From NCBI GenBank assembly GCA_010093605.1, contig MU004183.1, forward strand, positions 1,736,001 through 1,800,000: a stretch of 64,000 nucleotides of DNA, in the 5' to 3' direction. The notes beneath the pieces are model-generated. The model was not told the origin of the DNA and did no database searches. It saw nothing but the letters and a program-made list of their open reading frames with translations. Positions 14,288 through 26,419 of this stretch are shown piece after piece (positions within the stretch are counted from its first letter, which is position 1; each line of letters begins with the position of its first letter). The DNA is from Lophium mytilinum (taxonomy: Eukaryota). Both the position numbers and the translations under genes were made by a program.

Positions 14288-16694
14288 TCATTGATATGCA
14301 TTCCCTAAATCATGCTCCTTGAGATAATCACCACCTTTCTCGTGGAATTCCTCACGCGTGACAAACGATTGCTTCGCGTTCGCACTGCTAGCCCACTTAG
14401 CCGCTCCTCTCCAAGCATCCAGCACAGGCTCCTTGGCCTTGCGGACCGTGAAAGGAGCCTCATGAGGCAAGACGGCGAGTAATTCAGTCCGCAAGCGCTC
14501 CTCGAAGCCCTTGAATAGCGTGTTGCCGCCTGTCAAGAAGACATCCTTCAAAACATCTTTCCGCTGTGACTCCGCCAAGCGCTCATTTAGGATGCCCGTG
14601 GCAATCTCCACTAGTCCGACTTGCTCAAGTCCTGCAATTGATGGCTGGAAGACGATTTCTGGAACCCTGATCCTCTCCACATTGAGATGAATTTGGTGCA
14701 TCTCACGCTGGCTTTCAGGATCATAGGGCGCGGGGCCGTGGGCGAAGGCATGAGCCATGCTTTTGGTCCAGTCCTGTTGGGCCTCCCGGGTGCTGTCCTC
14801 GGTGAAGTTTGGATCGTGTTTTATAAGCTGGGCTTCAATGGCTTTGAGATTGGCGGTTAAGTCCTCTTCCTCCTCGTCATCGCTGCCTTCACCCGTCGCG
14901 ATTTGGCGATAGACACCCCAATCGTTGTCGTCAGCGCCGAACGTGTCTTCATCACCGCCTCTCCGACGTTTCTTTGCGGGCGTATCCGAGGCTAGGTTTG
15001 CGATAGACTTCATTCGCATTTGGTTCGCGAGTGATTTTCGGTTTCCTAGGTCGGACTTAATACGTTCCCGGTCTTTGATCTTTTGGATGATGGCCTAGAC
15101 ATAAATGTTAGATGGCGGCCTGCAGTGACAAGTAACATGTAACTCACCTGACGGGCGACCCTTCGCTCCTCGATCCATCCTTCAGGATCAGTCTCTCGGC
15201 GTTCATCATCCAGCCTTTCTTCTTCTGCAATCCTAGCTTTCTCGCGCTCCTTCTCGGCCTTGGCTCGAGCTCGGGCTTCGTGGTTTGCTTTCATTAGTTT
15301 CTGCTGCCGCTTCTGTTTTATCCCGTCATCGTCAAGCTGGTCGTCCGGGGTATCCACCAAAGGAAACGTAGGCTCCTCCTGTACTTCTTCCTCCAGATCT
15401 CCAAGATCTTTGTTCCTGGTTTTCCGGATGGATTTCTCCATTTCACGAACCTTTTTGTCGAGCTGCGACTCATCGTCGAAGTCGTCCGACTCGAGCAGCC
15501 GCTTCCCCTCCTTTTTCGTCGTCGCTTGAACACGCTCGAGTAGGTCCTTGTAGTAGACCAATTCTTCCTCCTTCTTTATCAGCTTCTCCAGCCTCATTTT
15601 GGCTGCTTGCTCTTGAAGCCTTCTTCCACTCTCTTTCCGCTTCTCTGCTGCCCTGGCTAATTCCGCTTCTGTTTTTTGAACTACGACTTGCTCCGTGAAT
15701 GGGAATTGAATAACGTGGTCGCGGTCTTCAAGGCCGGTCCAGTCCAGGTAGTGGCTGATCTCCTCCTCGTAATCCTGAGAAACATAGCAGTGTTCGCGGA
15801 CGATGTCCACAGCTTGCGGGTCGCTTATTTTCCCCGGGAAGCTTGGATATTTGAGCTTCAAGAGCTTTAAGAGGTACTCAGCACTCTGGAATCGGCCCCA
15901 GTTCAATCGTGTCGCTTGCGATAAGAGGGCCTTTGATTGTACGACTGGTATGAGATGTGTCGAGGAGTAGGATGAGGAGACAACTAGGCCATTTTTACCA
16001 CCATTGTAGTTGTAGGAAAATAAGGAATCGATGCCGTAAGCGACCGAGGGAGCAGCGTAGCATTCGAACAGGATCTCAGACATCGCTAGCCATAGAAGTC
16101 AGCATTCGTTCTTCGCAGAATTCGGGAGCTGGTGTGCATACTCTTCCGTGAATATCCCAAGTTTGCGACAGGCTCAGTCATTACTACCGGTCTGTCGATG
16201 CCACCGCTATTGCCCTCCACCCCAAGCTTGACAAACACATAGTCTAGCACGCTTTCAACAACATCCCAGTTGTTGATTATGTTGCTTCCCGGCTCATAAA
16301 TGTTCTTCGACTGGCCACGCGCGGTCCCATCGGAGTAGACATCAGATCCGACGAAAGTGAAATTGCGCTGGAGCTTCCTGTCCTTGTATCGCGCGGCGAG
16401 AGGTGGGAGGGATAATCGAGGCTTGTCGTCAAAGGACCAGCCCGCACGTACAGTAGATGAGCCTAGTCAAGTATACATGAGCAATTGCTACAGCGTAGAC
16501 GCGAGGCAGGTGACGGGAGTTTTACCATTGTCGATCACGATGGCTGTGCTCGAGGAGCTCCGGCGAAAGCCATCGTGGTCTATCGGGCGGAATCCTTCAA
16601 AAGGCGGGTCTGCGACGGTCCATATTTTGGAGGGCAGCTTTGGGGAGTTGCGCCCTGAGGGAGCAGGGTGGTCGTTAATCGCGGATGGGGCCAT
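14288..16694 (-). CDS. ARP5: Actin-related protein 5, INO80 complex; multi-exon
   Basis: AIVIDNG, MSEILFECY..PSVAYGIDSLFSY, the Arp5-specific helical insertion (EKRKESGRRLQEQAAKMRLEKL), LNVERIRVPEIVFQP and KEHDLGN. Confidence 0.96.
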
Positions 16695-16858
16695 GGTGTA
16701 TTTTGAGGGGAGAATTGGCCAGCGTGTCAAGTCATGGGTGTTGAGTGGGGTGATGTGAGTGTTCAGAGCGATATTCAAGGTGAAGAGGTTGCATTATATT
16801 CGTATTGTGAAGAGGTATTGTGATGCGGCGACCACCTCCAGACCTCCGCGAAACCTAA

Positions 16859-16868
16859 GTCACGTGAC
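16859..16868. promoter_or_regulatory. GTCACGTGAC palindrome (bHLH Cbf1/USF-type E-box) in the ARP5-IES6 divergent promoter
   Basis: Perfect 10-bp palindrome 165 bp upstream of the ARP5 ATG. Confidence 0.45.
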
Positions 16869-17721
16869 CATATCTCTTCACTGCTAACGCCATGATCCCG
16901 TCCCCCATAACTTAGTACATGCATGAAGCAAAGCAAGCCCCTATAGAAATCGCACTCGATCCTCTGGCAGGGTCATGCTGGCTCCTTGAGGCTGTCGGTG
17001 GCTGGATATCAAATTAGCTAGAGTCCGCATTTGGACAAGTTTCAATATCAGACCTTCGAGATGGAATAAAACATTCGACTGGTAGTTCTTGAACATCTGG
17101 GCTACTAACTCCACATCCATGTTCTGAATGTTAATTTCCTAGAAGTATTGTCTAGTCTGAAGCGCAACGCCTGACGATCTGGATATTCACAAACCTGCAG
17201 GTTCTTGTTTAATTGCATGATGGCCTCATTGAGCTTCTCCTAGAGAACCGTGAGCAACTATCATAATAGCCTTAGAAAGATGCACTCACCACGTTTGTTA
17301 TGATTCTGGAGAGCAAGAGGCTTTGTTGGTGCTCGTGAGGACTTTCCTTCGCAATATCTCAGCACACTGCAACAATTTGGCAACCATAGAAACTCACCAT
17401 GGTCGACAATGAGACCTGGCAGACTAGGGCGTACTGAAGGTATTCGTAGGTTGGTTGGAGTTACCAACGTCTTGTGTCTTGTGCCAAACAACGCGACCTC
17501 GGGAACCCCACGCGAGGCCGCGCCAAGCCTTTGAGGCTCAAAACGGCAACTCCACTTCTGGCTGAGCTTCACTCTCAATTCTGGCAACGACACCTCACTC
17601 CATCTCGAAAACTCCCATCCACTCCAACATCATATCACGCACTTCGCAATCAAAGGTACAAGCCACTAAGGAATTACCCATCATCACATCCCCTCGCGCT
17701 CAATACTCGCTCTCAAACATC

Positions 17722-18297
17722 ATGGCACCTCTCACGCAAGCTTCGGACGAGCACACGCATCAAGCTCTCCTAGACCAGCTCGATATCTACGCAATTCGAA
17801 AGCCGTTTCGAAATCCCAGCTGGAGGCCGGCCCAGCGCCGAAACAAGAACGTGAAGCAAATCATCGCCGATGCGTCCCGCAAAGAGAACTCAGTCATGGC
17901 CACACAAAACAACAGCGGCGCATCTACCCCCATGCTCCCCTACTCAACTGTGGCTACAGGCGGAGCTGGCACGCCCATCGGAGGTCCTCACCAAAGCTCC
18001 AATATCGCACAAGCCGCTCAGAGCCTCTCTACCCTAGTCTTGGAGAAGAACTTGAAGGCATCTGGGCTGACAAACGGGCCTGCAGCAACCTATACAAACA
18101 TCGAGGCGGCGCCTTCTCTGCACCCGGCTGCTCACAAGAAGTACTGCGATATCACTGGGCTGCCAACGACTTACACCGACCCCAAGACTCGCCTCCGATA
18201 CGCCAACAAGGAAATGTTTGGAGTTGTCCGAAGTCTGGGCCCAGGTCTAGCGGAGGGGTATCTGGCAGCAAGGGGCGCTCACACGGTGTTGAAGTGA
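17722..18297 (+). CDS. IES6: INO80 complex subunit Ies6 (INO80C, YL1_C domain)
   Basis: KPFRNPSWRPAQRRNKNVKQII and TYTNIEAAPSLHP..KKYCDITGLP..YTDPKTRLRY..YLAARGAHTVLK. Confidence 0.95.
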   Translation: MAPLTQASDEHTHQALLDQLDIYAIRKPFRNPSWRPAQRRNKNVKQIIADASRKENSVMATQNNSGASTPMLPYSTVATGGAGTPIGGPHQSSNIAQAAQSLSTLVLEKNLKASGLTNGPAATYTNIEAAPSLHPAAHKKYCDITGLPTTYTDPKTRLRYANKEMFGVVRSLGPGLAEGYLAARGAHTVLK

Positions 18298-19412
18298 TGT
18301 ATCTCCAGCTTCTGGTACTGTGTTGTCTACATCAGAATGGCGGGTTGATATTCGCATGAGGAGCCGAAGTACAAAAGGATCAAGATATGCTCCAGCGCAA
18401 GCAAGGAAAACGCCAGGACTGGTGCGAAGGGTGGTAGGGCGACTATCCATAGGAAAACAGCGGCTTCCTTTAAGAGAGCGGCTGTAAGGAATGCCCAGAG
18501 GAGGAAGAGGAGCCAGAGCCAGATCCAGGAAACGAAACGCCAGCTCCTAGAATTCAAGCGCCAGGGCCTGGAAATCAAACGCTAGTCTCTAGAAAAAGTC
18601 ATGCCGATGACTTCTTTGATTGCGGGGAATGCTCCAAGAAGTGTGAGCAGCCGCAGAAATTTGAACGACGTGACAGAAATAGACAGCGGGTAGGGGTTCG
18701 ATTGCCAAGAGAAAGGTACCATTGGTGATGGTAACCTTTATCTACAAGGACTAAACCCTCTTTGTTGTTCATTAGTATTCTCATCATCGGTGACCAAGGC
18801 ACCTTAGAAAGCCCCACAATTGTTGACTCTTTGAAACAGCGTTATGTGATGTCCCAGGCGTATGAGATAAGATACGTGAAGGAGGTCAACAAGCATTAGC
18901 GACTTTGCTAGCATGTGAATGGTGATGGTGACGATGCGCGATACCGGAGCCCAAGATGCTCAAGGACGACTGGATTCCGAGCCCCTATATGCTACCCAAA
19001 TTTGAGTATCTTTGGCGAGAATAGGGACAGGAAATAGTAACCAGTCGCCTTGCGGCCCGCAACCGTGAATGTAAAGTGCGCGCCGGCAAGAATTAGCGAA
19101 AGCTGAACTCTTGGCAGTTGCATGTTTTCGTCCTTTCGTGTGGCCTGCCTTCTCACTCCACGCCGTCTCCGCCTTTTACTCCACGTGTGTCCGCCGCTCT
19201 CCTCGTGCAGCCGTTGCCTTGTGTGCTGTACTGGCCTAATCCACCCCAACAGTACACGTCATTCCAAACGCACCCCAAGCCAAGCCGACTCTCACCGCTG
19301 GCACTGCACTGCCCTTTGGCCCGCAAAGCTGAATTGACTTGGACAACAAAGCCCTCAATCGCTCCCACGCCGACACTGCTCCCCACTCTGTGACTTTTAG
19401 TAGTACACAGAT

Positions 19413-21724
19413 ATGTCTGTTCCAACGCAGCTAGCCTGTACGTTCTGCCGCTCTCGAGGCGTCGGCTGATGCTAACCATTCTGCCTAGACCGCACCTCAA
19501 AGGGCATCGGAATCCTCAACGCCGCCCCAGTATACGAACAACTGGCCGGATTTGCTCGGTATGCTCTGCTACATTCCACGTCCATAGTATTGACACTGAC
19601 GTCTTGCGCTCCAGCCCGGAAGGCAACCTTCGATGCTGCTGTTACAGCCCAGACAGCCGGTATTTTGCATGGGCATCACCCGAACAGTAAGCGCAATCCA
19701 CTGGACGCCCTATGCCAGAAGTAAGACTAATACGTGCCTTTAGGGTTTCGGTCATTGACTGCTCTGTCGGCTACGTCGTTGCGACACTTCCGACCCCAAA
19801 TGTCTTCGAGCTTGGCTTCTCGCCATTGGGAACCTACATTATAACATGGCAGCGGCCTGGGAAAGACGACGACGGCAATGCCCTTAAGAATCTAAAGGTC
19901 TGGAAGACGCTTGTTGGAGAGGATGAAGAGCCGACAATGGTGGGCAAGTTCGTGCAGAAATCACAAACTGGCTGGAACCTACAATACACGTCCGACGAGA
20001 AGTTTTGCGCTCGCTCGGTGACGAACGAGGTGCAGTTCTACGAGTCCGGAGACCTAGGGACGGTCTGGAACAAGCTCATTGTCGAGGGAGTCACGAATTT
20101 TGGGGTCTCGCCTGGCAAGAACCATTCAGTTGCTGTTTTTGTTCCGGAGCGAAAAGTAAGTTGTAGAGGTCCTTCTGCCATGCCATCTACTAATAGTACT
20201 TTCAGGGCCTTCCCGCCGCCGTCAAGCTTTTCCAAGTTCCCCAATTTAACTCTCCGGTATCACAAAAGACTTTCTTCAAAGGAGACAAGGTTCAATTCAA
20301 ATGGAATGACTTAGGCACGAGCGTCATTGTTCTTGCTCAAACAGAAGTCGACAAGACGAACAAGAGCTACTATGGCGAAACGAACATGTATGTTCTTAGC
20401 GCCAGTGGCGGATTTGATTCCAGAATTCAACTCGGTACGTATCAAAGTCAGAATCGTCATGTGAGCTAGACTAACCTCCAGTAGACAAGGAGGGCCCGAT
20501 CCATGATGTATCATGGTCGCCAAACTCGAAAGAGTTCGGTGTCGTCTACGGGTACATGCCCGCCAAGACCACCATATTCAACGCGCGTGGTGTTGCGACC
20601 CACAGCTTCAATCTTGCTCCGCGCAACACGATCCTATTTTCCCCTCACGGTCGATTTGTACTTGTTGCTGGATTTGGAAACTTAGCAGGACAGATGGACA
20701 TCTACGATCTTGAAAAAGATTATACAAAAGTATGCACGATCGAAGCAAGCAACGCTAGCGTCTGCGAATGGAGTCCAGATGGCAAACACATCCTCACCGC
20801 TACCACGAGTCCTCGTCTCCGTGTTGACAATGGAATCCGTATCTGGCATGTTGGAGGCGGCCTCATGTACAACGAGGAAATGACCGAGCTGTACCACGTT
20901 ACCTGGCGCCCGCAGTCGACGCTTACACATCCACTGGAGAACCCGCTCCATCCGGTCCCTACGCCGCACGCCTCTGCTCTGGCTTACCTCGGCACGGTGA
21001 AGACCCCATCTAAGCCCGCCGGAGCATACCGTCCGCCTGGTGCTCGCGGAACCAGCACACCGTTGCACTTCAAGCGCGAAGACGAAGGTGGTGCGGCGTA
21101 CAGCAACAACGGTATCTCGTCGACTTCTGGAGTCAGCTCCAATGGTTTCGGCAAGCCCCGTCGTCGTGAAGTTCCTGGCGCAGAGACAGTTGAGACAACA
21201 CTTCCTCCCGGTGCAGCGCCTGGCGGAGGCGTCAGTCTCACCGGGACTGGAGAAGGCGAGGAGGCACTCTCGAAAGCGGCACTCAAGAACAAAAAGAAGC
21301 GCGAGGCTAAGAAAGCGAAAGAGGCGGCTGAACGAGCAGCAGGTCTAGCAGCAGGTGCAGACGGCGAAGCCTTCACCGGCCCGGTTAACCCAGGCCGGCC
21401 TGAGCAAAGAGGTGGACCGCGCCACGAACGCAGCAGGAGCAAGAATGGTGGGTTTGGTAGCCAAGGTGGCGGAAGGAGCCCGAGCCAGCAGCGTGGTTAT
21501 CAGGGCCATAGCCCACATCGTCGCAACAACTCCGGCTACGACGAGAATCAAAACCAGAACCAGAATCAGTATCAGAACCAGAATCAGTACCAGAACCAGA
21601 ACCAATATCAGAACCAGCACTACAACAACCGGTTCCAGCAGCAGGGCCAGCAAGGGCAACAGCAGCATCACTCTCGTGCTGGATCTGGGTACCAGGGCGC
21701 ACCAAGACAGCCTCAACAGCAACA

Positions 21725-21761
<37 letters not shown>

Positions 21762-22049
21762 GCTCCTCAGGCTGCTGCGGCGCCGCCTCCCCGAACTCCG
21801 CCGATTCAGATCCAAACGCAAGCCCAGCCCGCACCGGCTGTCGTGCCGGATCTTGCCGTCACGTCGCCTGGTGGTGGTGGCAGTCCGCAGGATAAGAAGG
21901 TGCGCTCGTTGCTGAAGAAGATTCGCGCGATTGATGACTTGAAGATGCGGCAGGCGGGTGGAGAGAAGCTGGAAGATACGCAGGTCAAGAAGATTGGGAC
22001 CGAGGAGTCGATCAGGAAGGAGTTGAGGGGGTTGGGATTTACGGAATGA
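19413..22049 (+). CDS. eIF2A: Eukaryotic translation initiation factor 2A (WD40), multi-exon
   Basis: TEVDKTNKSYYGE, GYMPAKT, GFGNLAGQMD, TATTSPRLRVDNG, GAYRPPGARG and C-terminal KKVRSLLKKIRAIDDLK. Confidence 0.96.
21546..21761 (+). repeat. Coding NQ/YQ hexanucleotide repeats and CAA/CAG poly-Gln tract inside eIF2A
   Basis: (AACCAG/AATCAG/TAYCAG)n at 21546-21617 and a CAR run at about 21714-21761. Confidence 0.9.
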
Positions 22050-22620
22050 TAGTGTGGTGAAGCGGTCGCTGCTTGATCTGTACTCTGTGATCTATCATAG
22101 ATGCGTCGCTGCGGCGCGGGTAGATGGGAATGAGGTTGCTCACGCCTGCTGGCTGGGTGAGTGTAGATAGAGACACTGAACGGAAACTATTTGAAAAAAA
22201 AGATAAAAGTCGGCCTTCCCCCACAGAATGAGTACGAGATGGTGATGGGGTTTGGTAAGTCACGTATTTGACACTGACTACGTGGTAGGAGTATTGCTTA
22301 GACATACGTAATTGGACACATCCTTACTTTCCACGTCCTCATTTCGCTGTGTAGAAATAGGTAACACGTAGTACCGCGTGCTGTCTATCTCGTTGTCATG
22401 CCCATACACTTTACCGCATTGAAAGAGATATCAAGCATTGTGCTGTCTTTCTTCTGCATCAAACTTCTCTACTATACTCGATAACGATCTGCAAAACTCA
22501 AACACTGGAACCTACACCAAAACTCTCCAAAGCCTCGGTTCTGAAAGTAAAATCCAAAAGCCTATATCTCAGCTACCGCTAATTCCTGAAGCACGTTCAA
22601 GTCTGCAACGGTAACCAAAA

Positions 22621-22746
22621 ATGGCGCCTCCGTTCTCGGGTTGGCAGTGCTGCAAATGCGGCAGTAAGTGGAGCTACGATGCGAGTTGTTGGCCATGCTG
22701 TCCTACCTGTCGTCATGTTGATTGCGATTCTTGCAAGGGCCTTTGA
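22621..22746 (+). CDS. 41-aa Cys-rich microprotein (putative zinc-ribbon or metallothionein-like)
   Basis: MAPPFSGWQCCKCGSKWSYDASCWPCCPTCRHVDCDSCKGL; 9 Cys in a W-x-CC-x-C ... C-x2-C-x-H-x2-C-x2-C pattern; strong start context CCAAAAATGG. Below the ORF-track length cutoff. Confidence 0.7.
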   Translation: MAPPFSGWQCCKCGSKWSYDASCWPCCPTCRHVDCDSCKGL

Positions 22747-23069
22747 GGGCCATGGCGTGAAAAGATGAGGCCTAGGGTTGAAGTATGGATTTGGTTGGCT
22801 CCATTCTCTTACTTCGCGTCATGAACATGTTTCCCGATAATTAGTCTATAAAATTCTTGAAATATCTTATGTTAACATCGTATGCACTTGTTTGTCTACC
22901 CGCAAGTTCTCTATTAGGGGTTTTTTAAGTTGCGTCCAAAGCGATCACGTTAAAATACATTTTCGCTTCATACTCCCCAGACGTTTACGTCCAGCGTATG
23001 ACTCTTGACTAATGCACAACAGTCTTAGCCTAAAGGGCTGTATGGGACTACACTTGAGGCAACAGATCA

Positions 23070-24968
23070 CTACCAGACTGCATCAGAGTCGAGGTCGTCC
23101 GAGCTATCAGTTTCACTGCCCGCGTCTGACTCCTGTTTTGCCAAGCCAGATGATTCAGCGTCCATTCCAGCGTCCTCGAAGTCCCCTTCTTGCGGTTCAA
23201 CCTCTCCAGAGCTCAGTTCTTGAGCATCCTCACCTTCTACGTTGCGCTCATCCAAGACCACTAGCTCATCCAATCCCACCTCTTCCGCATTCGACTCTTC
23301 CAGCCCCTCCCCCTCCGACCCCGGTCCCGAATTCGACTCCACCTCAAGCCTATATTCCGGGTACAGCGCTTGTGGCGTCAGCTCCTCCCACGGCAACTCG
23401 TACGAATCCAGGTCGTCTGACAAGAGCTCCGTTTGCTCTGGACCTAAACCTGCGTCCGCAGCACGCGCCTCTCCCAGCCGAGCTAGATGCTCCCTCAATG
23501 CAAACCTCAATCTCGCCGTCTGCTGAATCATCTCACGCCGCGATTTCTCAATGTACTTGCGATACCGCAGCCCCATGCCTCCGCGGGTAAGCAACTCGCC
23601 CCGAACTGCCCTGAACTGAACACCTCTGTCTCTGCACACGCGCTCCACTGCCTCGTGCGGTGGGTCTGCAGGATTATCATACTGTGCGATGTGCTCGGAC
23701 GTGGTTTCTAAGATAATGCGATTGAGGCGCGGGAAGGCTGTGCTTCTCACGACCTGCTGCAATTGCTCTCCTAGGAATTTGTTCCTTGATAGGCCTTCGT
23801 CTCCGCAGATGGTTAAGAACTCGATGTTTGGAGGTAACTGGTATCGTAAGGGCGGGACGGCTGTGCGGTCGAAGTAATAACCGTCAACCAAGGCTTCAGC
23901 CTGGATGCAAAGACTCTTCAGGCGCGTGAACTCCCGTAAAGTTGCAATCTGGCCGTTCAAAGGAGGGTGTAGTACTGGTGGGCTGTACCCGACACAGTGT
24001 CGATACAAGTCGAAATGCTCGATGGAATGGCGGTGCGGTCTCAGGCTCTCCCATAAAGCGAAGTTGGAGAGATTTCTAGGTCGCTGCCTCCAGTTATTGT
24101 GGTCAACAAGATAGAGCGAAAGGCTCGTTAGATCCTTGAGGGAAGCGAGAAGGGCTGCGGCGTCGACTGCTGCAAGCTTCGACTCCTCGTGGAGGACGAG
24201 GGTCAAGTCGGTGATACCAGACGTCTGAGGAATGTTTCCATAGCGAAGCGACGCTCCGAGTGGATCGAGGTCGAATAGCGATACTTTCTTGAGACTCGGT
24301 AGCTGGAACACCGGCCACAAATGGCGAAGTGTAAGCTGGTAACTTTCACGAGCGTCCCAGTTCTTGCGGTAGTTCCAAGCGCTGCTGAGGTATATCTCGC
24401 ACAACTGTTGCAGGAGTGGATTTCCATTGCGAGATTCGTCTAGTTGGCTCTGCAGCGCCTTTTCAAGCACTGCGGCGAGGAAAATGTCCGTTTCTGGCAC
24501 ATGAGCGTACAACGTCGTCAACTTTGGCAGGCATGCCAATAGTAGCGCCATCAATGGCCTGGGATCGCTCTTCCGTAGGGCTTCCATGACATCCTGCTCT
24601 AGGTGCTCGATTCCAGCTCTGCGGATTGCGTCCCGGACCAGTTCGACGTCAAAACCGTGCTCGGGGAAACAGAAACGACTGGGTCCATGAACGAGTCCAA
24701 ATGTCCAGTTTCGAATGTGTAGTGTACGCACTTGGTTTGCGATTCGCTCGCTGCATATTATTGTGCGGAAGAACTTCCACAGCGAGGAGATCGAGGAGCG
24801 AGTACCGTCGTGCAACCATCTTGAATAGATTCGAGGCTCTAGAGCGTCGTGCCATCCGTGGTCGATGAGGGAGAGTTTGCAGAGCGATTTGACGTCGCTT
24901 CTGCCTTCGATTGCATAGCTTATGACCTTGTGAAACAGTTCCTTTGGTAGATGGCTAGGATCCGACAT
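23070..24968 (-). CDS. F-box-like / leucine-rich repeat protein with acidic tail, intronless
   Basis: N-terminal HLPKELFHKVISY..SLCKLSLIDHGWH F-box-like motif and repeated LxxLxxLxL units (LPKLTTLY, LPSLKKVSL, FTRLKSLCI). First ATG at 24968. Confidence 0.8.
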   Translation of the reverse strand: MSDPSHLPKELFHKVISYAIEGRSDVKSLCKLSLIDHGWHDALEPRIYSRWLHDGTRSSISSLWKFFRTIICSERIANQVRTLHIRNWTFGLVHGPSRFCFPEHGFDVELVRDAIRRAGIEHLEQDVMEALRKSDPRPLMALLLACLPKLTTLYAHVPETDIFLAAVLEKALQSQLDESRNGNPLLQQLCEIYLSSAWNYRKNWDARESYQLTLRHLWPVFQLPSLKKVSLFDLDPLGASLRYGNIPQTSGITDLTLVLHEESKLAAVDAAALLASLKDLTSLSLYLVDHNNWRQRPRNLSNFALWESLRPHRHSIEHFDLYRHCVGYSPPVLHPPLNGQIATLREFTRLKSLCIQAEALVDGYYFDRTAVPPLRYQLPPNIEFLTICGDEGLSRNKFLGEQLQQVVRSTAFPRLNRIILETTSEHIAQYDNPADPPHEAVERVCRDRGVQFRAVRGELLTRGGMGLRYRKYIEKSRREMIQQTARLRFALREHLARLGEARAADAGLGPEQTELLSDDLDSYELPWEELTPQALYPEYRLEVESNSGPGSEGEGLEESNAEEVGLDELVVLDERNVEGEDAQELSSGEVEPQEGDFEDAGMDAESSGLAKQESDAGSETDSSDDLDSDAVW

Positions 24969-25909
24969 TATGCATTGTAGTGTAAAGCAACACAACAGCT
25001 AGAGAATTATGAGGAGAAGGATGTCACTTTAAAGAGGCGGTTATAGTGTGCAGGGGAAGCAAGGAGTTCCATTGGTGTGACGCCGGCGTATCGTTGCCTA
25101 GTGCTGTACCACAACTCTTAAGCGAAGATCTTATGTTATTATATGTCGAATGGGAGACCCCATGCACCCCCCTGGAATTCTTGATTGCATGCATTTGGGG
25201 ATATCTATATGCTCGAAGCCAGAACCTCGGACGGAATGCGAGGTGAGAATAGGAGATTACTAGGCTAAGGCAAGCGGGAAGCAATGATCAGGTAAGAGAC
25301 CATCGCCCACGTTTGTGGATACCGTATATACTCACCAGAGGCCCTGAAGCAGTGGTAGGCTAATTTACCATACAGACGGAGGTTCAGCGTTGGTTTATGC
25401 GTCTTTAGCCCCGCGACCAGATCCAGATCTAGTGAAAGGGTCCACCCTCCCGCTGATAGCGCCGATCTTAGCGGCGATCGCCTGCAGCACAATCCTCAGA
25501 TAGGAAAGTTTAGTGTGTGACGCAATTAAGTTCCCAATATTTACACAGTAGGAAAATCGCAAGGGAAGGGAAGGGTGAGGTTTCAAGTGCCAGACATATG
25601 AAAGCTATATATAGGAAAGCTAGTCAAGCTAAGGCAGTGGTTTAGTAGGTGGACAGGCAGGGAATGTAGTAGTTCCGGGAATATCCGGATGAAGCGGGAA
25701 ATCAAAGGCGGGTTGAGAAGATACATATTTGACTCTCAAGTCTACTGGTGTTCATGGATCAAATGCTACGTAAAAGTCCTATATCTTAATGACTCCGAAC
25801 ATCGGTGGGAACTGATATAATAATTGATCTCTGCTCATCGAAACCTTACGATCATCAACTATCATATCCATCGATCTCTGTATAAACGAACATCGATATA
25901 GCATTCAAG

Positions 25910-26419
25910 ATGTCCAAAGACAGCATCACAATCAGCCCCGTCCGTACCAGCGCCGACCTCGCCGCCACAATCCAGCTCTTCAATGACTACGTCGCCTGGC
26001 TCGACATCGATCTCGCCTTCCAAGACTTCGCCGCCGAAATAGCGAATATGCCGGGAAAATACGCCGGGCCCACAGGCGAACTTCTCCTCGCACGAGATAC
26101 CGCCGGCGTCGCGGTAGGCTGTGTCGCGATACGACCTTTAAGTGCTGGGTGCTGCGAAGTGAAGAGGCTATGGGTTGCGCCGGAGGGCAGGGGACTTGGT
26201 GTTGGACGAGCGCTTGTGGTGGCTGTGATAGAGGCAGCGAGGGACAGGGGTTATGGCGAGATGAGGCTGGACACGCTGCCGAAGATGGGTGCGGCGATTG
26301 GGTTGTATGAGAGTTTGGGGTTTGAGAGGTGTGAGAGATACTATGAGACGCCAATTGAGGGGACGGTGTTTCTGAGGATGGCGTTGGGGAAAAGGGGAGA
26401 TGATGGTAAAGATGGTTGA
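25910..26419 (+). CDS. GNAT N-acetyltransferase, intronless
   Basis: CEVKRLWVAPEGRGLGVGRAL acetyl-CoA motif A, and RLDTLPKMGAAIGLYESLGF. Confidence 0.93.
   Translation: MSKDSITISPVRTSADLAATIQLFNDYVAWLDIDLAFQDFAAEIANMPGKYAGPTGELLLARDTAGVAVGCVAIRPLSAGCCEVKRLWVAPEGRGLGVGRALVVAVIEAARDRGYGEMRLDTLPKMGAAIGLYESLGFERCERYYETPIEGTVFLRMALGKRGDDGKDG

Noticed and set aside
18349..18585. Basic K/R-rich open frame in phase with IES6 downstream of its stop
   Set aside because: Separated by two TGA stops, with no ATG or convincing splice path; IES6 already ends at its conserved terminus.
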